A model generated the notes under the pieces. It had not been told where the DNA came from and did not search any database. It saw only the letters and a list, made by a program, of their open reading frames with translations. Shown in pieces: positions 50,744 to 59,856 of a stretch of 64,000 nucleotides of DNA. Every line of letters begins with the position of its first letter. Position 1 is the stretch's first letter. The stretch covers positions 4,384,001 to 4,448,000 of the forward strand of contig OY829846.1 in the NCBI GenBank assembly GCA_963691875.1, given 5' to 3'. The translations under genes were made by a program, and so were the position numbers. Source of the stretch: Aureliella sp. (GTDB taxonomy: Bacteria; Planctomycetota; Planctomycetia; Pirellulales; Pirellulaceae).

Positions 50744-52159
50744 GTGAATGAAGACCGACGAGAGTTTCTTCGGCGTTCTGTTGTCTCAAGTGCGTTAGGA
50801 CTTGCTGCTACATCGATTGGCAAAGCATCGATGGCAGCCGCCGTTTCAAAAGTCGAAGACGATCTGCAGCCGACTGTCCAACTTCCACGCGGACGCGTGC
50901 CACTGTCTTTTATTATTGATGACTCGACTTGTCTGGTGAACATGGGCAAGTTTTGCATGCCGCAGTTCGCCGCAACCTATCCTGAACGCAAGGATTATCA
51001 AAAGCCATGGCAGCAGTGGCCAGATGAGATTCCCGATGCTTTTGTTCGCGAGTTTGGCGAGTGGTGCACAGAGCATGGAGTCAAAGGCAAGTACAGCATT
51101 GTGCCTTATCCCGCATGCGTTGGCTGGCTGGATCGCACTTTGCCTGGCTGGTCCCAAGCTCAATTGCGCCAGAGTCTGAAAGTTGTCCGTGACCTCATGT
51201 TGCCAAATTGGGACATTCATCCGGAGATGATCACACATACGCGTGTGATCGATCTGAAGACCGGGCGTCCTTTCGCCGACTACTCGCCAGCTCACATGGA
51301 GAATTCCTACCCTCAGCAAGACGTAAGCGTCGATTATTTGGCCAGCTACCTTGCATACGCGTTGCAGATTCTAAAGAACTGTGATTTGCCATGCGAAGGC
51401 GTCACCACGCCAGGAGGATTCGGCAATCGGGTCAAAGACAAATTGCCAGAGGCGGTTAAGCAGTCGGTTAGCGATGTTTATGGCTGCGAGTTACCGCACT
51501 ACTTCAAGTACGTGGTAGGCCAGGATGAAGACCCCACGCCGCGGATGGAAGCTTTTCGAAGCGTGGATGGTCAGAAGCCTGAGTTCGTCATGAATGTGCC
51601 AGCCGGTACAGGCGACTGGTTTGGCGGTTGGGATGGAGTCTTGGAGCCATCGACCGATAAGTACTGCAATGCCGATGCAACAGAAGGCGCGATGGTAAAG
51701 TGGATCGAGCGTGGCCAGCCGGCGGTCATGCTTTGTCACTGGCCAGGAATGTACTGCAATGGTAGGAAGACTGGTTTTCGGGCTTTTCAGTCAGTAGTGC
51801 AATCGATCGCTAAAAGATTTGGCTCGGTCACGCAATGGATGAAGGTCAGCGAGATTGCACGTTACTGGGCCGCCAAGGAACTTACCAAGCTCGGCCTGGA
51901 GGGCGAGAAACTTGTGCTGATCGCTCCGTACGCTTGTCCGGATTTTACGTTCAAGCTGCCGGGCAGTTTCACCAATGCGATTCTGAAGCCAAGTGAATCC
52001 GAAGCTGGAGTGCGGCGAAAAAACTTGCGGGTTGTGCGGAGTCTAGCTGCACTGGGGCGAAATTCGCTCTTCGTTGATAATTCTCGTGGATCGGACGAGG
52101 CACATAGCTGGATCTGCATCGATTTGGATGAAGGCAGGTCGGAGATCCAATTCAGGTAG
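50744..52159 (+). CDS. Tat-exported hypothetical protein, possibly with a polysaccharide-deacetylase/GH57-like barrel
   Basis: GAGGAGA Shine-Dalgarno and a DRREFL twin-arginine signal. IIDD, HPEMITH, TPGGFG and LCHWPG motifs. The fold call is tentative. Confidence 0.65.
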   Translation: MNEDRREFLRRSVVSSALGLAATSIGKASMAAAVSKVEDDLQPTVQLPRGRVPLSFIIDDSTCLVNMGKFCMPQFAATYPERKDYQKPWQQWPDEIPDAFVREFGEWCTEHGVKGKYSIVPYPACVGWLDRTLPGWSQAQLRQSLKVVRDLMLPNWDIHPEMITHTRVIDLKTGRPFADYSPAHMENSYPQQDVSVDYLASYLAYALQILKNCDLPCEGVTTPGGFGNRVKDKLPEAVKQSVSDVYGCELPHYFKYVVGQDEDPTPRMEAFRSVDGQKPEFVMNVPAGTGDWFGGWDGVLEPSTDKYCNADATEGAMVKWIERGQPAVMLCHWPGMYCNGRKTGFRAFQSVVQSIAKRFGSVTQWMKVSEIARYWAAKELTKLGLEGEKLVLIAPYACPDFTFKLPGSFTNAILKPSESEAGVRRKNLRVVRSLAALGRNSLFVDNSRGSDEAHSWICIDLDEGRSEIQFR

Positions 52160-52461
52160 GGCGTTGGTGAAGCTCGGTCAACTGCGTCAATTTGTGCTCT
52201 TTCCGCATCAAAGCGAAGCCTTTGAATTGGCTCCAATCCACTTATAATGGTGACCCTTGATCCAGTTGGCCAACCAGTTGCTGGACTTACGCACGCCACC
52301 TTTCGTTGATGCCCGAACCCACCTTTTGGTTGGCCTCTCAAGCCTAGATGAGCTTGAAACAACGCAAGGCACGTGAAGAATGGTGGTCAAATTCGGTTTG
52401 CAGAGGGCGGTGAATCGTTGCAAACCTTCGAGAAACTGAGTCAGGTTTCGCCCCATCTCGA

Positions 52462-52478
52462 CTGACATTCTATGTCAG
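52462..52478. promoter_or_regulatory. Palindromic operator candidate upstream of the cco-like operon
   Basis: CTGACAT-TCT-ATGTCAG perfect 7-bp inverted repeat about 40 nt before ATG 52519. Confidence 0.45.
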
Positions 52479-52518
52479 GTGGTGACGGCATCTGACTAAG
52501 CATACAACGATTTTGGGG

Positions 52519-54768
52519 ATGACTTTGGACTCAGAGCAATCGACATCGGTTGAGAACGACGAGATCTATCGCTACGACGATGGCATCGTGCGTTGTTTTA
52601 TTTGGGCGGCGACTTTCTGGGGCTTGCTCGCCAGTCTGGCGATTGCAGCGAGTGGATATATTTTGCTACATCCTAACCTGGTGGTTCCCGAATATACCTT
52701 TGCCAAGCTTTCAGTCTTTCCGCTCACTCTGGCTGTCTATGGTTTCGCGGCCAATGCGTTGATGGCAGGCGTCTATTTCAGTGCCCAGCGACTTTGTCAT
52801 TCAGAGATGTGGAGCAAAGGTCTGAGCTATGTGCATTTCTTGGGCTGGCAGTTTGTTAATGTGTGGGCCTTGGTGACTCTCGCGTACGGTCATACTGATT
52901 CGCGCCCGGGGCAACCTTTTGTACTGGCGGTCAACCTGGGCATCGTTGCTATTCTCGCTTGTTTTACCTTGAATCTCTTGATGACGGTCAGCAAGCGTCG
53001 CCAGCGACACATGTACATCTCACTCTGGTTCTATTTGAGCAGCGCGATTGTCGTACCAATCCTTCAGCTGGTTTCGAATCTAGCGATTCCAGTTCAAGGG
53101 TACGAGAGCATCAGTCTGTTTTCGGGCATGGCTGATGGTTTTGTTCAGAGTTGGGGGCGGCATGGCATAGAGTTTTACATGGTGCTCATGCCGGCCATGG
53201 GGCTGATGTACTACTTCGTTCCTAAAGCAAGTGGGCAAGCCGTTGTGCACTATCGCATGGCGATCCTACAATTCTGGTCGATGTCTCTGCTCGGCGTTTT
53301 CGCCGCAACACGTTGGTTGCATTACACGGCCATTCCCGAATGGATTACATCTCTCGGCATGTTGGCCGGCTTGGTTATGTTCCTGCCGATGTGGGTTGGG
53401 GTTTCAGCTGGCTGGGCGATGCTTCGCGGTCCGAATAAGGAGTTGACAAGGAGTCCAATCTTGCAATTCTTTCTCCTCGGTATTGTCTTCTATGCGGTGC
53501 TGTGTCTAGATACCGGAGTGAGTTCGATTAAGTCCTTGAGTGGCTGGTCGGTCTTCACTGATTGGGATCTTGCGCATAGTTATTGCATGGTTTTTGGTGT
53601 TGCAGGCATGTTTAGTTTGGGAGCTGTTTTTTGGATGGTGCCTCAGCTATTCCATCGGCCGCTGTTTAATCGGAATTTGCTCCGATTACAAGTGGTTGTT
53701 GCGGCGGTTGGTGTTGTTCTGCTAGTCGCACCGACTTATTTTGCCGGATACCTACAAGGCTCGATGGGGCGCAGCACGGATTCTTCAGGCACCCTGAACT
53801 ATCCTGAATTCATCGACATCGTTGTTGCCGTGAAGCCTTTCTGGTGGGCGACAATGATCGGCGCGGTGGTTGTCGCTCTGAGCATGGTCTTGCTGGCGGT
53901 GAATTACAGCGCTTCATGGGCGATGCGGGATCGCAGGTACAGCGTCCGTACAACCTTGGCACCGAAGCTGACTTCCAACTTTGAAGCCGATGAGGCGCCA
54001 CATAGTGATTTAGAAGGCAAGCCGGTCCTTGGTTTTGGAATAAAACTTGACAGATGGAAGTCGTTAGCTTTCCACCGGGGCTGGGAGCGATCGCCCCAGA
54101 CTTTCGCCTGGTTGATCACAGCCAGCACTTTGTTTGCTTGCGTGTTGCTCGTTCTGCCAACATGGGCCGTAGGTCAATGGTCGAGTGAAGACGCGGTAGC
54201 TGATCCGTACACTCCGCTAGAGCTGGTTGGCCGAGCGATTTACGTTCGAGAAGGGTGTGCTAGCTGTCACACTCAGACGGTGCGACCACTGCTGGGAGAA
54301 GTCGACCGGTACGGCGGTGAGTATACAAATGCATCGCAGTTTCAATATGATCGACCGACTCAGTGGTCTACGCGCAGAATTGGTCCGGATCTAGGGCGTG
54401 AAGGCGGAAGGCAAAATGCCTTTTGGCACCTGCAGCATATGCAGGATCCACAAGCCCTTAATGAAGCGTCAGTTATGCCGAAGTTCGATCATTTGGTCGA
54501 AGCAGAGTTTTCGGTAGGCTGGGTTCGTGAGCTACTTCGGCACGAAGCGGAGCTAGGAGTCAGTTACAGTGAGGAGCTTTTGGCCGACGATACCTTGAGT
54601 GAGGAAGATCGGCTCTATGGCGAGGTCACGGAGCTAGAGGCTGCCTTGCAGAAGCAGGCAGAGGAGATCGCGATGGACATGGTGGTCTCCGGCGGACCTG
54701 CTGGAATTCTGGATAAAGAGGTTGTCGCCTTGATCGCCTACCTCCAGCGTTTGGGTGTGGCGAACTAA
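52519..54768 (+). CDS. cbb3-type CcoN-CcoO fusion homolog with degenerate catalytic subunit
   Basis: CcoN-like HMYISLWFY, GLMYYFVPK, LHYTAIPEW and TDW segments. CcoO-like YTPLELVGRAIYVREGCASCHTQTVRP, RRIGPDL, SVMP and ALIAYLQRLG. Four of six His ligands are missing. Confidence 0.88.
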   Translation: MTLDSEQSTSVENDEIYRYDDGIVRCFIWAATFWGLLASLAIAASGYILLHPNLVVPEYTFAKLSVFPLTLAVYGFAANALMAGVYFSAQRLCHSEMWSKGLSYVHFLGWQFVNVWALVTLAYGHTDSRPGQPFVLAVNLGIVAILACFTLNLLMTVSKRRQRHMYISLWFYLSSAIVVPILQLVSNLAIPVQGYESISLFSGMADGFVQSWGRHGIEFYMVLMPAMGLMYYFVPKASGQAVVHYRMAILQFWSMSLLGVFAATRWLHYTAIPEWITSLGMLAGLVMFLPMWVGVSAGWAMLRGPNKELTRSPILQFFLLGIVFYAVLCLDTGVSSIKSLSGWSVFTDWDLAHSYCMVFGVAGMFSLGAVFWMVPQLFHRPLFNRNLLRLQVVVAAVGVVLLVAPTYFAGYLQGSMGRSTDSSGTLNYPEFIDIVVAVKPFWWATMIGAVVVALSMVLLAVNYSASWAMRDRRYSVRTTLAPKLTSNFEADEAPHSDLEGKPVLGFGIKLDRWKSLAFHRGWERSPQTFAWLITASTLFACVLLVLPTWAVGQWSSEDAVADPYTPLELVGRAIYVREGCASCHTQTVRPLLGEVDRYGGEYTNASQFQYDRPTQWSTRRIGPDLGREGGRQNAFWHLQHMQDPQALNEASVMPKFDHLVEAEFSVGWVRELLRHEAELGVSYSEELLADDTLSEEDRLYGEVTELEAALQKQAEEIAMDMVVSGGPAGILDKEVVALIAYLQRLGVAN

Positions 54769-54836
54769 TTAAAGCGTAGCGTCCTTTTCCGGGGCGCGTT
54801 TTTGGAACTGTTTGATCCAAAACGAGTTAGAAGAAA

Positions 54837-55463
54837 ATGGCTGAAAAGCAAGATTATATTTCTGATGGCATTGAAGAGTTGGAAGCTCCCATTCCAGGGT
54901 GGTGGAAGAATACTTGGCTGCTCCTCATTGCCGCTTGTCCGGTGTACATGATGTTCTATCACATTGGTCCAGATCGCGGGATGGAAGCGGAGTATGATGC
55001 GGCGGCAACACGAATTAGCCTCGCCAAATACGCGGAGATTGGCGATTTAGAAGCCAACGAAGCGGCGATTCTGACTTACATGAACAAGCCAAACTGGGTG
55101 AAGCTTGGCAAGAGTATCTTCAAGTCAAAGTGTGCCAACTGCCATGGTCGCAATGCTGAAGGTAATGTCGGCCCAAATCTTACGGATGAAAAATACAAGA
55201 ACATTAAAGTGGCTACTGATATCGCGAAGGTGATCCTCAAAGGTGCCAATAATAACGCGATGCCTGCTTGGGAAGATAAACTTCAGACTAATGATGTCGT
55301 TATGGTTTCTGCATACGTTGCCAGCTTGCGAGGGACCAATGCAAGTGGCGGAAAGGCAGCAGAGGGCTTCGACATTGAGCCTTGGCCAGCTCCACCAGCA
55401 GAGCTTCCGAATGCCGAAGCAGGGGAAACGAGTTCTTCGGCAAGTGAGGGGACTAGCGAATGA
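54837..55463 (+). CDS. CcoP-like monohaem cytochrome c (cbb3 subunit III-like)
   Basis: DGIEELEAPIPGWW N-terminal motif, a TM helix, CANCH, GPNLTD and AMPAW. Confidence 0.85.
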   Translation: MAEKQDYISDGIEELEAPIPGWWKNTWLLLIAACPVYMMFYHIGPDRGMEAEYDAAATRISLAKYAEIGDLEANEAAILTYMNKPNWVKLGKSIFKSKCANCHGRNAEGNVGPNLTDEKYKNIKVATDIAKVILKGANNNAMPAWEDKLQTNDVVMVSAYVASLRGTNASGGKAAEGFDIEPWPAPPAELPNAEAGETSSSASEGTSE

Positions 55464-56758
55464 TTGTTCATAATTTGTCACGCTGCTGTTTGTTGCTTGT
55501 AGTTTCGGTTGGCAGCTTTTCCGGCTGTCGCGAGGCCTCCGAACCTGTCGTCGCGAAGTTCGAACCGAATTTGGTGATGGCGTATCGATATCAAGTCGAC
55601 GGTGAGTACTCGGCGAAGTGGACGGATGCCGCGCTCACTCAAGCGGATAATGCGTTGGGCGATCTTTTCGGAACTCCCGATGAGCCCAAGTTGCCAGCGC
55701 TAGTGCAGAATGATTTCGGCGATCTTTTGAGCTTGAAAAATCTGCGGAAGGCAGCTGGGCCCAAGGGCTTGTACCGTGAACACTGTGCAAAGTGTCACGG
55801 GATTACGGGCGACGGGCGCGGAGAGTTGGCTGCCTTGCTGAATCCTTATCCGCGAGACTATCGGCTGGGGCGTTTTAAGTTCAAAAGCACGCCGATCGGT
55901 GCGAAGCCGACTCGTAAGGACTTAGCAACACTGATTCGTAATGGCATCGGTGGAACACAAATGGTTGCACTGCCTAAGTTGTCAGATGCGGATATCGAAG
56001 CGCTTGTCGACTATGTGATTTTCTTGACCATTCGTGGAGAAGTCGAGCGAAAGCTGCTGCGAGAATGCAGTGAATTGGACCTCGTGGCCACAGAAGATGC
56101 GGATGTGCTCTACGATCCATCGATGAAGGAAAGTGAAGATGAAGATACTCGCGAATACTTCGAAGAGCAGGTGGAGTTATTAGAAGATTTCGTGTTGGAC
56201 GTCGTAGAGCCTTGGTCTGAAGCGGAAGATTCAGCTGTAGAAGTTCCCGTCCGTGACGAATCGGTCGTTCCAGAATCCCTAATCGCCCTGCACGAAATCC
56301 TCAAAGCTGACGCCGACTCGCCGATCAAGCAATCGGTGGTTCGAGGCAGAGAATTGTTCCTTGGTGAAAAAGCGGCTTGTGCAAAGTGTCATGGCAAGGA
56401 AGGGAAGGGCGATGGTCAAACCAACGACTACGATGAGTGGACAAAGGATTGGACGAAACGAGCCGGAATTGACCCTGCGGTCGAAGCTGAACACGTGCCG
56501 TTTATTGCTCGAGGTGCTTTTCCAGTGCGTAAAGTCTCGCCACGCAATTTCCACGAAGGCGTTTTTCGTGGCGGAGGAACTCCTGAAAAAATTTATCAAC
56601 GTATCGCGCTCGGGATCGAAGGCACGCCCATGCCCGCGGCTGCAGTTACGCCAGAGCAGATTTGGGACATCGTCAATTATGTGCGATCGATGCAAGAGCC
56701 TGAGTCAGATCCAACAGCAAGTGCGATGGCCGATAAGAGCGAATCCGCTGGGAACTAA
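55460..56758 (+). CDS. Dihaem cytochrome c lipoprotein
   Basis: Lipobox FSGC, two CAKCH motifs, PYPRDYRLGRFKFKSTP and GTPMP. Confidence 0.88.
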   Translation: MIVHNLSRCCLLLVVSVGSFSGCREASEPVVAKFEPNLVMAYRYQVDGEYSAKWTDAALTQADNALGDLFGTPDEPKLPALVQNDFGDLLSLKNLRKAAGPKGLYREHCAKCHGITGDGRGELAALLNPYPRDYRLGRFKFKSTPIGAKPTRKDLATLIRNGIGGTQMVALPKLSDADIEALVDYVIFLTIRGEVERKLLRECSELDLVATEDADVLYDPSMKESEDEDTREYFEEQVELLEDFVLDVVEPWSEAEDSAVEVPVRDESVVPESLIALHEILKADADSPIKQSVVRGRELFLGEKAACAKCHGKEGKGDGQTNDYDEWTKDWTKRAGIDPAVEAEHVPFIARGAFPVRKVSPRNFHEGVFRGGGTPEKIYQRIALGIEGTPMPAAAVTPEQIWDIVNYVRSMQEPESDPTASAMADKSESAGN

Positions 56759-56772
56759 CCAGGAGTGAGTCC

Positions 56773-57282
56773 TTGATCATTCGCAAGATCAAGCCGGAGG
56801 ACAACGCAGCTGTCGCGGGGATTATTCGCACGGTGATGACAGAAATCGGTGCGGTTGGCCGTGGGTACTCGATCGAAGATCCGGAAGTTGACGCGATGTT
56901 CGAGGCCTACGATCAGCCAAGATCGGTCTTCTATGTTCTCGAGGATCAGAACGAGTTGGTGGGTTGTGGCGGACTCGCTCAGTTAGTCGGAGCGGAGTCG
57001 ACTCAGTGTGAGCTGCAGAAGATGTACTTCTTGCCGGCGGCACGCGGTCAGGGGCTCGGCAAGATTCTGGGGGAGATGCTGATCGTAGATGCGCGGCGAT
57101 TTGAGTATTGTTCAATCTACATTGAGACGCTCGAAACTCTCACGGTGTCTAACCGACTCTACCAGAAGCTCGGATTCGAGCTTCTGGAGGCTCCTGAGGG
57201 AAACACAGGGCATTGTGGATGCGATACCTTCTATCGTTTGAGTATCGAGCCGCTGCAAATTGATCCGAGTCTGTTAGCCTAG
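56773..57282 (+). CDS. GNAT acetyltransferase (YjgM-like)
   Basis: VGCGG, ELQKMYF, RGQGLG, LYQKLGF, GNTGH. Confidence 0.88.
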   Translation: MIIRKIKPEDNAAVAGIIRTVMTEIGAVGRGYSIEDPEVDAMFEAYDQPRSVFYVLEDQNELVGCGGLAQLVGAESTQCELQKMYFLPAARGQGLGKILGEMLIVDARRFEYCSIYIETLETLTVSNRLYQKLGFELLEAPEGNTGHCGCDTFYRLSIEPLQIDPSLLA

Positions 57283-57314
57283 CTGTGCGTGGTCTGCGCC
57301 GGGAAAGCTTCTAT

Positions 57315-57329
57315 GCGACCGTTTGTCGC
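57315..57329. promoter_or_regulatory. GCGAC-N5-GTCGC palindrome (RegA/PrrA-like box candidate)
   Basis: Lies in the 232-bp gap before the cytochrome c-ctaA-ctaB-sco genes. Confidence 0.35.
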
Positions 57330-57514
57330 CATGATTGGCTTGGCAAAAGCGGCATTTCGTGTTGCAGGAAGCTCTCTGGGCTGATTCACTAGATCCCGGC
57401 GGGTTAAGCTTCCGTGCGTCTTATGACCGCAGGCCCTGGGTGTGAATCGACCTCAGCGGAACGCGGTTACCCCTACCGAGGAATTCACAGGTTCAAGATC
57501 TACTTCAAAGTCGC

Positions 57515-58831
57515 ATGAGTTTCCTTTCCGCCTCAAGAACCGATTCTTTATCAACCGTATGGTTAGCGATCGTATTGCTGGGCATTGGTATAGTCGGCTG
57601 TGATTCAGTTGGTGATCGCTTTGAGAGCAATCGCATTTTTGCGAAACGCTGGGAGCTTACTGAATCGATTGACTTAAGTGAACCGCTTGCCGATTCTGAG
57701 GTCGTGTTGACGGAGTTCTTCGGAACGCCGGATGAGCCTAAATGGCCCAAGTTCTTGAAGGCAGGAAAGCGCGAGCTAGTTTCTCTTCAGAACCTAGAGC
57801 GCGTGGCCGGGGCTTTCAGCAGCGGTGAAAAAGGCGAGCATAAGGGGCTTTTTCGTGAGCACTGTGTTGTTTGCCACGGTGTGAACGGCAATGGCCGAGG
57901 TCCCTCATCCGCGTTGCTCACTCCCTATCCTAGAGATTTTCGGCTCGGCAAGGTCAAGTTCAAGTCGACTCCAATTGGACATAAGCCAACGAAGGAGGAT
58001 TTGAAAAAGATTCTGCATCGCGGCATCGCAGGCACTAGTATGCCGTCGTTTAGCACTTTGGCCCCCGAGGACATCGACGCGTTAGTTGATTACGTAATCT
58101 ATTTATCAATCCGTGGAGAACTAGAACGTAAGCTTATCCGCGATGCTGCGATTGAGTTGGATCTTGAAGGTGGAGAGCGCTTGTATGATCCGGGCTCGGA
58201 AGAAAAGTATCCTGAAGAATTTGCGGAAGTTCGAGATCGGATCGAAGAGTGGGCGGTTGGTATCCAGGAGTCATGGTTCGAGGCAGAAAATGCGGTCGTC
58301 AATGTGGTCGGACCGCCTAAAGGTTTTCCTCTGGTGGGCTTTGGCGTTGATGCGAAGGCCGCCGCCGCGTCGGTCGCCAACGGCAAAAAACTGTTTCAAG
58401 GAACTATTGCCAGTTGTGCTTTCTGCCATGGCGCTGAAGCCAAGGGTGATGGCCAGACTCACAACTATGACGATTGGACTAGGGAATGGACAGTGATGGC
58501 TGGCCTGAACCCGAAGGACAAACAGAGTCTTGAACCGATGTTCGAGTTGGGGGCACTCAAGCCGACGAACATTTTTCCTCGTAATCTCACTATGGGCGTT
58601 TTTCATGGTGGTTCGTCGCCAGAAGAACTTTACACTCGAATCGTAAACGGGATCGAAGGTACTGGCATGCCAGCAGCGCCGCTCAAGCCTGCTAACTCTC
58701 AGGGGCTGACGAACGAGGAAGTCTGGGATTTGGTCAACTACTTGCGGAGTTTTCTGCCGGTTGAGGACCAGTCTTTGGAATCGCAGGAAACCAACTCTGA
58801 TTCTTTTTCAGAGGAGGATGCGAGCAAATGA
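57515..58831 (+). CDS. Dihaem cytochrome c lipoprotein (paralog of 55460-56758)
   Basis: Lipobox IVGC, CVVCH, CAFCH, PYPRDFRLGKVKFKSTP, GTSMP and GTGMP. Confidence 0.88.
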   Translation: MSFLSASRTDSLSTVWLAIVLLGIGIVGCDSVGDRFESNRIFAKRWELTESIDLSEPLADSEVVLTEFFGTPDEPKWPKFLKAGKRELVSLQNLERVAGAFSSGEKGEHKGLFREHCVVCHGVNGNGRGPSSALLTPYPRDFRLGKVKFKSTPIGHKPTKEDLKKILHRGIAGTSMPSFSTLAPEDIDALVDYVIYLSIRGELERKLIRDAAIELDLEGGERLYDPGSEEKYPEEFAEVRDRIEEWAVGIQESWFEAENAVVNVVGPPKGFPLVGFGVDAKAAAASVANGKKLFQGTIASCAFCHGAEAKGDGQTHNYDDWTREWTVMAGLNPKDKQSLEPMFELGALKPTNIFPRNLTMGVFHGGSSPEELYTRIVNGIEGTGMPAAPLKPANSQGLTNEEVWDLVNYLRSFLPVEDQSLESQETNSDSFSEEDASK

Positions 58832-59856
58832 GTGCTTCTGACGAACTAGCCTTTTCGCCAGCTTCTGGCAAAGCGGTTTACGCTAGTGGAGTGCATCGTC
58901 TTGCTGTTGCTCTGACCGTATCTGTTTTTCCGTTGATCTGGGTCGGAGGGCTGGTCACCACTTATGACGCTGGAATGGCGGTGCCGGATTGGCCTGGGAC
59001 TTATGGCGAGAATATGTTTGCCTACCAGGCATGGTTGTTTGGACCATTTGACTTGATGGTCGAACACGGCCACCGCCTGCTGGGGAGTTTATCAGGGCTG
59101 CTTTGCATTGGTTTGGTCGTTGCGGCTTATCTCCGGGATGAGCGTGTTTGGTTTCGCAAATGGTCAGTATTTGTACTCGCTGCGGTGATTGCTCAGGGTG
59201 TCCTGGGTGGCGTGCGAGTGTTATTAGACGAACGAACCGCGGCCATGATTCATGGCTGTACCGGTCCCTTGTTCTTCGCAATTGCGACGGCCACAGCGGT
59301 GATGAGCTCTAGGTGGTGGTTTGAGCGGAATGGTCAGCGTATTCCCGACCGCGGGGTCGGGCCTGGCGCTGTAGGACAATATGCCACAGGGCGCTTCATC
59401 GCTCTTACAGCCAGCGTTTTGACGGTGACAAGTTATTGCCAGCTCATTGTGGGGGCACAGCTTAGGCATACAACAGGAGCCGTATCACCCAACGAATTTA
59501 AGGGTTTTGTGCACCTCCATCTCGGTTTGGCAGCCTTAGTGTTTCTTGTCGCTCTTGTCCTCACTTTGTCTGTCGTAGCGGCAAGCGGGACTCCGAAGCA
59601 GGTTCGGCGTGTTTCACTTTTGCTAGCAATCGTGGTGTTATGCCAAATCGGGTTGGGGATTGGGACTTGGCTTGTAAACTATGCCTTACCGTGGGCCGAA
59701 CTTAATGCCACACTCGCCGCCTACACGATTGCCGCTAAGGGATACTGGGAGAGCATGGTTGTTACGGCACATCAGGCAACCGGCTCGTTAATCATCAGTC
59801 TGGCGACAGTTACATCTATGAAAGCTTGGCGGTCTAGGGCTTCTCTTGGACATTGA
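58828..59856 (+). CDS. ctaA: Haem A synthase (COX15/CtaA family)
   Basis: GGLVT...AGMAVPDWP, EHGHR, QGVLGG, IHG, HLHLG and AHQ, so the four conserved His are present. Confidence 0.88.
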   Translation: MSASDELAFSPASGKAVYASGVHRLAVALTVSVFPLIWVGGLVTTYDAGMAVPDWPGTYGENMFAYQAWLFGPFDLMVEHGHRLLGSLSGLLCIGLVVAAYLRDERVWFRKWSVFVLAAVIAQGVLGGVRVLLDERTAAMIHGCTGPLFFAIATATAVMSSRWWFERNGQRIPDRGVGPGAVGQYATGRFIALTASVLTVTSYCQLIVGAQLRHTTGAVSPNEFKGFVHLHLGLAALVFLVALVLTLSVVAASGTPKQVRRVSLLLAIVVLCQIGLGIGTWLVNYALPWAELNATLAAYTIAAKGYWESMVVTAHQATGSLIISLATVTSMKAWRSRASLGH

